Source: Alphaproteobacteria bacterium (GTDB taxonomy: Bacteria; Pseudomonadota; Alphaproteobacteria; Rickettsiales; SXRF01). Taken from it: a stretch of 64,000 nucleotides of DNA. A model generated the notes under the pieces. That model ran no database searches, was not told the DNA's origin, and saw only the letters and a list, made by a program, of their open reading frames with translations. Position 1 is the stretch's first letter. Each line of letters starts with the position of its first letter. Positions 16,168-23,966 of this stretch are shown here, piece after piece. The position numbers were made by a program, and so were the translations under genes. Where the stretch lies: contig JANYES010000028.1 of NCBI GenBank assembly GCA_025362975.1, positions 640 through 64,639 of the forward strand, written 5' to 3'.

Positions 16168-17412
16168 TTAGGATTGATTGCGGATATCGGTGAGGAAGCT
16201 GCCCATTTCTTTTTTTAGTGATTCGGATTGGGCGGTGAGGCGCCCGGTGGCGACCAGCATGAGGCTGGCGGCTTCTTCGGTAGCTTTGGAGGCGGTGGTG
16301 GCGTCGGCGGCGTTGGCGGCGATTTCGGTGGCGTGTTGGGCGGCGGATTCGACGTTGAGGGAAATGCTGTGGGTGGTGTTGCCCTGCGCGCTGACGGCGG
16401 TGTGGATGCTGGTGGAGATGTCGTTGATTTCGTTGATGGTGCCGCCGATGGATTTCATGACGCCTGCGGTTTCCTTGGTGGCGTTCTGTATGGAGGTGAT
16501 GTACTGGCCGATCTGTTCGGTGGCCTTGGTGGTTTGGGTGGCGAGGTTTTTGACTTCGCTGGCGACGACAGCGAAGCCTTTGCCAGCTTCGCCCGCGCGG
16601 GCGGCTTCGATGGTGGCGTTGAGCGCGAGCAGGTTGATCTGTTCGGCGATGGCGTTGATCATGGCGATGACTTCGCCGATTTTCTGCGCGGCGTCGATCA
16701 GGCCGGTGACCGTGCGGTCGGCTTTGCGCGCTTCGTCGACGGCAATGGCGGTGATGGTGGAGGCGCGGCCGACTTGCGTGTTGATGCCGGTAATGGCGTC
16801 GGTGAGTTCGGCAAGCGAGCCAGACACCAGCGACATGTTGTTATTGGCTTCGCCGATCTGCTTGGAGAGGTTGGCGAGCTTGTTTTTATTCACCCCCGTG
16901 GTGGCGGCGACGGCCTTGGTGGTGGCGTCCATTTGTTGCGCGGAAACGGCGACGTCTTCGGCGATATTCTTGATTTTTATTTCGAAATTGGTGGCCATGT
17001 CGTGGATGGCTTTGCGCTTTTGCATTTCAACTTCGTGCTCGCGGCGGACTTTTTCATCTGCCATCATCTCGACGTTGCGCGCGTTTTCGCGGAAGACAGT
17101 AAGCGCGCGGGCCATTTCGCCCATTTCATCGTTGCGTTGAGTGTGGGGGATGACGGTGTCGGTGTCACCTTGCGCTATGCGATGCATCGCTTCGATCATC
17201 TGGCGCTGGGGTTTGAAGATTTTGCGGATGGTGTAGAGCGGTACGGCCAGCGCGATAAGGATGGAGATGAATTCGAGCGCGAGGAGGGAGCGGATTTTCT
17301 GGTCGCTGGTTTCGGTGATGGCCGCGGCGTTGGTGCTGATGTGGCTAAGCAGAATCGTGCCTACGGCGAGGGCCGCAAGGAGCAGAAATTTGGTGCTGAG
17401 GTTGAGTTTCAT
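16168..17412 (-). CDS. methyl-accepting chemotaxis protein
   Basis: 414 aa. N-terminal TM, short periplasmic segment, second TM, HAMP. Conserved signalling hairpin [30 protein letters not shown]. Confidence 0.9.
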   Translation of the reverse strand: MKLNLSTKFLLLAALAVGTILLSHISTNAAAITETSDQKIRSLLALEFISILIALAVPLYTIRKIFKPQRQMIEAMHRIAQGDTDTVIPHTQRNDEMGEMARALTVFRENARNVEMMADEKVRREHEVEMQKRKAIHDMATNFEIKIKNIAEDVAVSAQQMDATTKAVAATTGVNKNKLANLSKQIGEANNNMSLVSGSLAELTDAITGINTQVGRASTITAIAVDEARKADRTVTGLIDAAQKIGEVIAMINAIAEQINLLALNATIEAARAGEAGKGFAVVASEVKNLATQTTKATEQIGQYITSIQNATKETAGVMKSIGGTINEINDISTSIHTAVSAQGNTTHSISLNVESAAQHATEIAANAADATTASKATEEAASLMLVATGRLTAQSESLKKEMGSFLTDIRNQS

Positions 17413-17535
17413 CGCGCGTGTACGCCGGGTAATGGATTAGCTACGTTACACTATGGGATGCGATAACTAAATAAGCGTTAATGAAACATAGATTTAGCGA
17501 AAAAGACAGGGGCTTGGCTGTTACGTAACACTACG

Positions 17536-17760
17536 TTATTTGGTAAACGTGACCAGAACGCCGCGCTGCTTGAAATAGGATTGCATGTATTTTCGACCCT
17601 GACGGTTCTGCTGGGCGAGCTGGGCGGTATCGACTTCAACGGTGTTGGTGCCCTGTTCGGCCAGCGCAGATTTGAGCGTGGCGATGTGGGTGTCGAGGTT
17701 GTCGTTATCGTTGCTGAGGGAGCTGTAGATGCTTTCGAGGGCCTGGGGGATGGTGGTCAT
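17536..17760 (-). CDS. small hypothetical protein (74 aa) immediately downstream of purL
   Basis: The start lies 2 nt after the purL stop. No family recognised. Confidence 0.55.
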   Translation of the reverse strand: MTTIPQALESIYSSLSNDNDNLDTHIATLKSALAEQGTNTVEVDTAQLAQQNRQGRKYMQSYFKQRGVLVTFTK

Positions 17761-17762
17761 GT

Positions 17763-19982
17763 TTATGCCATGTATTTTGGGAGGAATTCTTCGTGGGCCT
17801 TGCGGATGTCGGCGACTGGGACCGTGGCGCAGATGTCGAGTTCGAGGGTGTCTTTTTGCGTGATGCCGAGGATGGTGAGCGCGATGCCTTTGGCGGCTGC
17901 TTCTTTTTCAAGAGCGGCGAGGGAGGCGGTTGAGAGCGTGACGAGGTAGCGGGCCTGGTCTTCGCCGCAGAGGTAGTTGAAGACGGTGACGGGCTGGTTC
18001 ATGGCGATTGGCAATTTGATTTTTGCGCCGATGCCATTGCGAAGCGTCATGTCGGCGAGTGCGGTCATCAAGCCGCCGTCGGAGAGGTCGTGGCAGGCTG
18101 TGAGTCTGGAATGCTGGATCAGTTCGCGGATGAAGTCGCCATTTTTCTTTTCGGTGGCGAGGTCAACCGGGGGCGGGGGGCCGTCTTCGCGGCCGAGGAG
18201 TTCTCGCAGCGCGATGGAAGAGCCGATATGGCCTTTGGTTTCGCCGATGAGGACAATGGTTTCGCCGACATTGACGAAGCTAGCGCCGATGGCTTTTGTT
18301 ACGTCTTTTAAGATGCCGACGCCGCCGATTGCGGGGGTCGGGAAGATGCCTTTGCCGTTGGTTTCGTTGTAGAGCGAGACGTTGCCGGAAATGATGGGGT
18401 AGGCAAGGGTGACGCAGGCTTCGGCCATGCCTTTGAGAGCGCCCACAATCTGGCCCATGATTTCTGGCTTTTGCGGGTTGCCGAAGTTGAGGCAATTCGT
18501 GATAGCCAGTGGGGTGCCGCCGACGGCGGTGATATTGCGCCATGTTTCGGCTACGGCTTGTTTGCCGCCTTCGATGGGGTCGGCGAAGACGTAGCGCGGG
18601 GTGCAGTCGGTCGAGATAGCAAGCGCTTTTTGGGTGCCGTGGACACGGACGACTGCAGCATCGCCGCCGGGGCGGCCGACGGTGTCGTTGCCGACCATGT
18701 GGTCGTATTGTTCGTATATCCAGCGCTTGGAGGCGAGGTCGGGGCAGCCCATGAGGGTGAGGAGATCGTCCTTGGCGTTGCGGTGGGCGACGTCGCTATC
18801 GGTGAGCGTAATGTCGGCGCGTTTGGGGGTGGGGATCCACGGGCGGTCGTAGACGGGGGCATCGGTGGAGACGGGGGCGATGGGCATGTCGGCAGCGATT
18901 TCGCCATGCATTTTGAGGACGATGTTGCCGGTGTCGGTGAGTTTGCCGATGACGGCGTAGGAGAGTTCCCATTTTTCGAAGATGGCTTGCGCGAGGTGCT
19001 GCTTGTCGGGTTTGAGAACCATGAGCATGCGTTCTTGCGATTCGGAGAGCATGATTTCGTAAGGGGTCATGCCTTCTTCTCGCATGGGGACTTTGTCGAG
19101 TTCGAGTTCGATGCCGCAATTGCCTTTGCCGGCCATCTCTAAAGATGATGAGGTCAAACCGGCGGCACCCATATCCTGAATGGCGATGATGGCGTCGGTC
19201 TGCATCAGCTCCAGGCAGGCTTCGATCAAAAGTTTTTCGGTGAAGGGGTCGCCGACTTGTACGGTGGGGCGTTTTTCTTCCGAGTTTTCGCCGAATTCGG
19301 CGGAGGCCATCGTGGCACCATGAATGCCGTCGCGGCCGGTTTTGGAACCGACATAGACGACGGGGTTGCCGATGCCAGCGGCGGCGGAATAGAAAATTTT
19401 ATCGGTGTCGGCGATGCCGACGGTCATGGCGTTGACTAGGATGTTGCCGTTGTAGGAGGGGTGGAAAGTGCATTCGCCGCCTACGGTGGGCACGCCAACG
19501 CAGTTGCCGTAAGAACCGATGCCAGCGACGACGCCGTTTACCAGATGTTTGGTTTTGGGGTGATCGATGGAGCCGAAGCGCAGCGAATTCATGTTAGCGA
19601 TCGGGCGGGCGCCCATCGTGAACACGTCGCGCAGGATGCCACCGACGCCGGTGGCTGCGCCCTGGAATGGCTCGATGTACGAAGGATGGTTATGCGATTC
19701 CATTTTGAAGATGGCGGCCTGACCGTCGCCGATGTCGATGACGCCGGCATTTTCGCCGGGGCCGCAGATGACGTGGGGAGCTTCGGTGGGGAGGGAACGC
19801 AAGTGTTTGCGGGTGGTTTTGTAGGAGCAGTGCTCGGACCACATGACGGAGAAGATGCCCAACTCGACTATGTTGGGCTCGCGGCCCATGACTTTTAAGA
19901 CGCGTTCGTATTCGTCGGGGCTGAGGCCGTGCTCGGCTACGACATCAGGGGTGATTACGGTTTTATGGGCGTTTTGTTTCAT
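17763..19982 (-). CDS. purL: phosphoribosylformylglycinamidine synthase subunit PurL
   Basis: 739 aa. ...WSEHCSYK...ESHNHPS... and duplicated AIR-synthase-like domains. Confidence 0.95.
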   Translation of the reverse strand: MKQNAHKTVITPDVVAEHGLSPDEYERVLKVMGREPNIVELGIFSVMWSEHCSYKTTRKHLRSLPTEAPHVICGPGENAGVIDIGDGQAAIFKMESHNHPSYIEPFQGAATGVGGILRDVFTMGARPIANMNSLRFGSIDHPKTKHLVNGVVAGIGSYGNCVGVPTVGGECTFHPSYNGNILVNAMTVGIADTDKIFYSAAAGIGNPVVYVGSKTGRDGIHGATMASAEFGENSEEKRPTVQVGDPFTEKLLIEACLELMQTDAIIAIQDMGAAGLTSSSLEMAGKGNCGIELELDKVPMREEGMTPYEIMLSESQERMLMVLKPDKQHLAQAIFEKWELSYAVIGKLTDTGNIVLKMHGEIAADMPIAPVSTDAPVYDRPWIPTPKRADITLTDSDVAHRNAKDDLLTLMGCPDLASKRWIYEQYDHMVGNDTVGRPGGDAAVVRVHGTQKALAISTDCTPRYVFADPIEGGKQAVAETWRNITAVGGTPLAITNCLNFGNPQKPEIMGQIVGALKGMAEACVTLAYPIISGNVSLYNETNGKGIFPTPAIGGVGILKDVTKAIGASFVNVGETIVLIGETKGHIGSSIALRELLGREDGPPPPVDLATEKKNGDFIRELIQHSRLTACHDLSDGGLMTALADMTLRNGIGAKIKLPIAMNQPVTVFNYLCGEDQARYLVTLSTASLAALEKEAAAKGIALTILGITQKDTLELDICATVPVADIRKAHEEFLPKYMA

Positions 19983-20023
19983 GATCTGTAGTTAGCAAGA
20001 TGACGGGTAATTGACAAGAGTAA

Positions 20024-20950
20024 TCAGCGGCCCATTGAATGGCGCGCCGGGAGTTCGGAAGGCCGGATGCTGGGCCTTGCGTTGCAGCAGGCTTCGGCGA
20101 TGATCTCGTTGATGCTTTGCATGACGGCGCGGGTGCTGGGGAGTTCGGCGTTATCTTCGGTAGGGTAGTGGGCTTGCGCATTTTCCGCTTCGGCTTCGAG
20201 GTTGGCGTCGACGGACATTTTACAGGCGCAGAACAATGCGGCGAAGAGTCCGCTGAGAAAGCCTGCGGCGGCGAGGTAACGCAAGGTGGAATGGTCGATC
20301 TGCTCGCGCAGTTCGGGGATTTCGATTTCCTGCAATTCCATGAGGCGGCGCTTCTGGGCGGCGGTCTGGTCGGGAGTGACGCGCAGATCGATGGATTCGC
20401 GGATGGCGGTGTTGACGTCCGCTTTGGCGCGGGCTTCGGCATTGCGCTCCATCACGAAACCACCGGCGGAGGCACCGGCGATGCCGAGGCTGACGAGGGT
20501 GGGGATGGCTTTTTTGATGCGCCACGGCTTGGTGGGTTTCGGGGCTTCGATAAGGACGGGTTTTTCGGTTGTCGTGTCGGGCTTTTCTTCAACGGTGGTC
20601 GGCTCGATGGTGAGGCTGACTTCGTCGTAATGTTCTAAGATGACGCCAGCGGCGGCGAGGGAGAAGCGGATGTTTTTTTCGCCGTTCATCGCACCGCGAA
20701 TTTCGGCGACGACTTTGGCAAGTTCGAGCGCGCCCAGATTATCGTAGACATCGAGAAGCGCCGTGGCGGCGCGGCAGGCGATGGCTTCTTGTTCCTTGGA
20801 ACGCAGGATGGCTTCGTCTTCGGCGGATTCGGCGAAGACGAGACCGTCCATGCGGAAGTTTTTATTGTGCTCAGTGGTGTGCTGTATTTCGCGCAGCTCT
20901 TTGGCGAGGCGGGCCATTAAGGTTGTGAGTTTGTTGTCGTCGAGGGTCAT
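20024..20950 (-). CDS. hypothetical membrane protein
   Basis: 308 aa with two predicted TM segments (IPTLVSLGIAGASAGGFV and YLAAAGFLSGLFAALFCAC). Lies 41 nt upstream of purL. Confidence 0.7.
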   Translation of the reverse strand: MTLDDNKLTTLMARLAKELREIQHTTEHNKNFRMDGLVFAESAEDEAILRSKEQEAIACRAATALLDVYDNLGALELAKVVAEIRGAMNGEKNIRFSLAAAGVILEHYDEVSLTIEPTTVEEKPDTTTEKPVLIEAPKPTKPWRIKKAIPTLVSLGIAGASAGGFVMERNAEARAKADVNTAIRESIDLRVTPDQTAAQKRRLMELQEIEIPELREQIDHSTLRYLAAAGFLSGLFAALFCACKMSVDANLEAEAENAQAHYPTEDNAELPSTRAVMQSINEIIAEACCNARPSIRPSELPARHSMGR

Positions 20951-21090
20951 GGGGCGGCCTCAGATGTTGGGAATATGTGGGTTTTACAACAGTGGGGGTG
21001 AGGTGTAAACTGATATTAATGATTTGTGGCAGGTGGACAGGGGCGCGGGCTTTGGTTATGATCGCGGCCCACAGTCAAAGGGCGATACTT

Positions 21091-21321
21091 ATGGGCATGA
21101 AGGCGCAAGATATTGAAATGATGGTAAAGAAAGCCATTCCGGACGCGACGATCGAGTTGAAGGACCTCGCGGGGGATAATGAGCATTATGCGATCACCGT
21201 TACGAGCGCGCAGTTTGCGGGCAAGTCGCGGGTTCAACAGCATAAAATGGTGTTTGATGCACTGGGTGGCGGCATGGGGACGGTGCTGCATGCGTTGCAG
21301 GTGGCGACGAAAGTGGCATAA
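21091..21321 (+). CDS. BolA-family protein
   Basis: From the internal ATG 21091: MGMKAQDIEMMVKKAIPDATIELKDLAGDNEHYAITVTSAQFAGKSRVQQHKMV. BolA fold signature and pairing with grxD. Confidence 0.85.
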   Translation: MGMKAQDIEMMVKKAIPDATIELKDLAGDNEHYAITVTSAQFAGKSRVQQHKMVFDALGGGMGTVLHALQVATKVA

Positions 21322-21383
21322 CGGGCTTTACACGGCGCGCGGCCCAACCTACATACTAATTCTAAACCAAATCAGAGGACAAC

Positions 21384-21719
21384 ATGAGCAACCCCGTATT
21401 CGAACGTATTGAAAAAGAAATCAAGGAAAACGACGTCGTGCTGTACATGAAGGGCACGAGGCAGCTGCCGCAGTGCGGATTTTCCGCCACGGTGGTGCAG
21501 GTGATGGACCGCGTCGGGGTTGCGGATTTTAAAGACGTGAACGTCCTTGCCGACGCGGAAATCCGCGAGGGCATTAAACAGTTTACAAACTGGCCGACGA
21601 TTCCGCAGCTTTATGTTAAAGGCGAATTTGTCGGCGGTTGCGATATTATCCGCGAAATGTATGAATCCGGCGAGCTGAAAGAGTTGCTGGAGTCTAAGGG
21701 TATCGTGAAGGCTGCTTAA
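21384..21719 (+). CDS. grxD: monothiol glutaredoxin, Grx4 family
   Basis: 111 aa with the CGFS active site ([10 protein letters not shown]) and [19 protein letters not shown]. Confidence 0.95.
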   Translation: MSNPVFERIEKEIKENDVVLYMKGTRQLPQCGFSATVVQVMDRVGVADFKDVNVLADAEIREGIKQFTNWPTIPQLYVKGEFVGGCDIIREMYESGELKELLESKGIVKAA

Positions 21720-21730
21720 GCGGTCTTTTT

Positions 21731-21760
21731 TTACACATTTCTACACATTTTTACACATTA
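21731..21760. repeat. 3 x 10-bp tandem repeat TTACACATTT / CTACACATTT / TTACACATTA
   Basis: Read directly from the sequence. Exact 10-bp period, just after the grxD stop and T-run. Confidence 0.85.
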
Positions 21761-21783
21761 TCGCGTTCGGCTTTATAAAAACT

Positions 21784-22018
21784 GGGCGCGCCCATGCAGG
21801 TTTGCTTGCAGTGACGAAGGAGTAGGTGAGGTGCGTGCCGGATAAAGGCTCTCGCCCACGGGTACCCTGATACAGTTAGCCCGTGTTTTTGTATCCGACC
21901 CCGCCTGGCGCAATCATCCAGGCGTGTCGCCGAGTCCTTTATGCCGCCTTTGGGAAACTGCTTCCTTCGGGCGGGCCGTTGCCATGCGCATGACTTGGTC
22001 AGCTAATCATGGGCGCGC
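21784..22018. other. about 235-bp highly structured palindromic block (candidate ncRNA or MITE-like element)
   Basis: Closing inverted repeat GCGCGCCCATG (21786-21796) / CATGGGCGCGC (22008-22018). Inner hairpins CACGGG..CCCGTG and CGCCTGG..CCAGGCG. Long-range pairing GGATAAAGGCTC with GAGTCCTTTATGCC. No ORF. Confidence 0.3.
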
Positions 22019-22036
22019 ATGTACGGGAAGAGGGAA

Positions 22037-22192
22037 TTAATACCCGCGGCGGTCGTGCTCGCGGTTTTCTTCAACGGAATTGCTGATGTGGTTGCTTAAA
22101 TGCGAGGTGTCTTCTTTCAGTCCTTCACCGGTGTTCTGGCAGGCGGAAAGAAGCAGCATGGCGCCGATTGCGGCGATGAGGGTGGTTTTCAT
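22037..22192 (-). CDS. entericidin EcnA/B-family small lipoprotein
   Basis: Below the ORF-track cut-off. GGAG RBS, MKTTLIAAIGAMLLLSACQNTGEGLKEDTSHLSNHISNSVEENREHDRRGY. Has an LSAC lipobox followed by a CxNT.EG..(E/D) pattern like EcnA/B. Confidence 0.65.
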   Translation of the reverse strand: MKTTLIAAIGAMLLLSACQNTGEGLKEDTSHLSNHISNSVEENREHDRRGY

Positions 22193-22512
22193 AGGGGTCT
22201 CCGTTATTTGTTTTTATTTTATCTGATTGTGTTTCCATGATTGAATATGGCGTATAAAGATTAAATATGGATGGGCGGAGAATTTGATAAAAATTGGGAA
22301 AAACATGGGCTTGTCCGTGTCAAAGCCTCTGGCGGAGACGGATTGGTGTGCAGAATTGCCTAAAGTCCATGTATTTAAAGCTAGATGCAACAGCGGGCGA
22401 AAACTATGCTGTGGTCTGCTTTGAAAGCCGACAATAATTTCGGCATCTGGGTTGAAGATAAATCCGGCAAGTACGTCGCCAGTTCAGCTTGACGGACGGT
22501 TTCAATTAAAGG

Positions 22513-22645
22513 CTAGAGCTTTTCTTTAACTTTCTCAGCGGTGTTCGACATGCCCTGACCGGCGCTTTTGATATCCTGGCCTGCGCCTTCGATGGTGTTT
22601 GCCGCCGGTGAGCAGGAGTAAGGCGGCGAGCATTAGTTTTTTCAT
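22513..22645 (-). pseudogene. frameshifted entericidin-family paralog lacking the lipobox cysteine
   Basis: ATG 22645 gives MKKLMLAALLLLTG. The reading frame then yields GKHHRRRR..., whereas the +1 frame reads ANTIEGAGQDIKSAGQGMSNTAEKVKEKL (entericidin consensus) to a stop at 22513. The Cys codon position is reduced to a single g. Confidence 0.5.
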
Positions 22646-22664
22646 TGAAGTCCCCTTTAGTTTT

Positions 22665-22916
22665 TTATGAGTATTCTTTGTGGCGTTCCATCCATGCGGC
22701 TGCGTAGGAGCAGATGGGGATGATGGTGAGGTTGTGGGTGCGGGCATATTCGGCGATGTCTTTCATCAGCACGCCGGCGGCACCTTTGCCGCGGAGTTCT
22801 GGCGGGGTTTCGACATGGGTGATGGCGAGGGTCAGGCCGTCGCGGCTGTACTCGGCGAGGACGATGTGGTCTTCGAAGTCGAGTTCGAAGCGTTTTAAGG
22901 CAGAGTTGTCGCGCAT
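22665..22916 (-). CDS. mini-GNAT (YjdJ / NATD1-like GCN5-related acetyltransferase-like protein)
   Basis: 83 aa. RFELDFEDHIVLAEYSRDG..LAITHVETPPELRGKGAAGVLMK...IIPICSYAAAWMERH matches the short Acetyltransf_CG-type family. Confidence 0.8.
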   Translation of the reverse strand: MRDNSALKRFELDFEDHIVLAEYSRDGLTLAITHVETPPELRGKGAAGVLMKDIAEYARTHNLTIIPICSYAAAWMERHKEYS

Positions 22917-22932
22917 GTTATTTCCCCCGAAA

Positions 22933-23373
22933 TTATTGCTGTTGTAGTTGCACGCCGAAATGCGTGTCGAGCGCCAGGTCGGTATGATACGTTGCTTGTT
23001 TCAAAAGTTCCAGTGCGGAGAATTTTCCAAGGCATTTGGCCAGCTCGGCCATGTTCTGCTCCAGCAGCGTGTCGGCGCTTTTGCCTTTGGGCACGTGCAC
23101 GAGGTTGGTGGTGGCGGCGAGGTAAAGCAGGGGCAGGGAGTTGATGAGGCCGGAGATGTGCTGCTGCGGCGTGGCGCCGAACCGGGCAGCGCGTTCGCTG
23201 AGCGTAGTGATGAGGCTGTCGTCGGCCTGCGCGGCTTGCAGGACACGTGCGGCATCGGACTGGTATTCAGCTTTGACGGCGGCCATGATTGCCACGTTGC
23301 GGCCTTCGTCGACGGCGCCGTCGGGCGGGAGCGGGTAGCTTCGTTTGGCGGGGAGGCGATAGAGCGGCGGCAT
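22933..23373 (-). CDS. uncharacterised protein, paralog of 23520..23963
   Basis: 146 aa from ATG 23373 (the track starts at TTG 23376). Shares LP.KR..P.P, Y..A.T(S/T)NL and TYHTD..LD...G.QL with the upstream paralog. Confidence 0.7.
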   Translation of the reverse strand: MPPLYRLPAKRSYPLPPDGAVDEGRNVAIMAAVKAEYQSDAARVLQAAQADDSLITTLSERAARFGATPQQHISGLINSLPLLYLAATTNLVHVPKGKSADTLLEQNMAELAKCLGKFSALELLKQATYHTDLALDTHFGVQLQQQ

Positions 23374-23504
23374 CAATGATACGCGGCGCTGTCTTGCATG
23401 TCTTTGAGCAGGCGGGCGCGAGTGGCTTCGTCCATCGGTTTGTCGTCGGCGCAGGCGGATAGCAGCAGGTGGAAGTCGGTGGCGAGGAGGGCAATGGTTT
23501 TCAT
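23373..23504 (-). CDS. small ORF (43 aa) between the two paralogs
   Basis: MKTIALLATDFHLLLSACADDKPMDEATRARLLKDMQDSAAYH. The stop shares one base with the next start (TGATG). Lipobox-like LSAC. Weak RBS. Confidence 0.4.
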   Translation of the reverse strand: MKTIALLATDFHLLLSACADDKPMDEATRARLLKDMQDSAAYH

Positions 23505-23519
23505 GCGCGGTCCTTTGCG

Positions 23520-23963
23520 TTAGTGGAGTTGGGTGCCGTATTTGGCGTCGAGGACGGAGTCGGTGTGGTAGGTGACGGAACGCAGGATTTCGTTGGCGCT
23601 ATGGTCGCCGACGAGTTTTTTGAAGTTGCCGAGGGCTTGCTCGAGCACGAGTTCGGGGTTCATCGGCTTGCCGGATTCTTCTTCGGTGAAGCTGGCGAGG
23701 TTGGAGGTAGCGGCGATGTAGGCGGAGGTGAGGTAGTCGAGGTATTGCACGACGACGACTTCGGGCTCGCAGCCGTATTCATCGCCAAGGGCGATGAGTT
23801 TTTTGTGCACTTTTTCCGGGAGTTTTTCCAGGATGTCGTTGACGTCGTCGAGTGCGGCGTCGGCGACGCTGCTCAGGATTTCTTCTTCGAGTTCTTGCCC
23901 TTCCTGCGCGTCTTTCGGGCGGGGGAACATGCGTTTTGGGGGAAGTTTGAAGGTTAGGGCCAT
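23520..23963 (-). CDS. uncharacterised protein, paralog of 22933..23373
   Basis: 147 aa. The start lies 3 nt after the decarboxylase stop. The central segment LPEKVHKKLIALGDEYGCEPEVVVVQYLDYL has a ribbon-helix-helix-like pattern (tentative). Confidence 0.7.
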   Translation of the reverse strand: MALTFKLPPKRMFPRPKDAQEGQELEEEILSSVADAALDDVNDILEKLPEKVHKKLIALGDEYGCEPEVVVVQYLDYLTSAYIAATSNLASFTEEESGKPMNPELVLEQALGNFKKLVGDHSANEILRSVTYHTDSVLDAKYGTQLH

Positions 23964-23966
23964 GCT

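Noticed and set aside
16178-17466. Two long plus-strand ORFs (320 and 412 aa) overlapping the MCP gene.
   Set aside because: The minus strand encodes a textbook MCP signalling domain. The plus-strand products are G/V/A/D-rich or S/A/M-rich repeats mirroring the MCP heptads. They are antisense artefacts.
21784-22018. Assignment of the structured block to a known RNA family: two-piece tmRNA, SRP/4.5S RNA, 6S RNA, TPP riboswitch or ZTP riboswitch.
   Set aside because: tmRNA: no T-loop (GGTTCGA-type) or CCA-end context, and no alanine-rich tag frame. SRP: the minus strand has CCGAAGGAAGCAG resembling the domain IV 3' side, but it lacks the GNRA loop and the 5' CAGG partner. TPP: CCTGATACAG is similar to the P4-P5 core, but CTGAGA is absent. 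ZTP: CCGCCTGGCGCA resembles the 3' CCGCCUGGGCA module, but the GGGTCGTGACTGGCG half is missing and there is no downstream gene on that strand. 6S cannot be judged by eye.
22303-22422. A 39-aa plus-strand ORF (MGLSVSKPLAETDWCAELPKVHVFKARCNSGRKLCCGLL) in the gap between the two entericidin-like genes.
   Set aside because: It has no convincing RBS and sits in the likely promoter region of the downstream minus-strand gene. Nothing supports coding.
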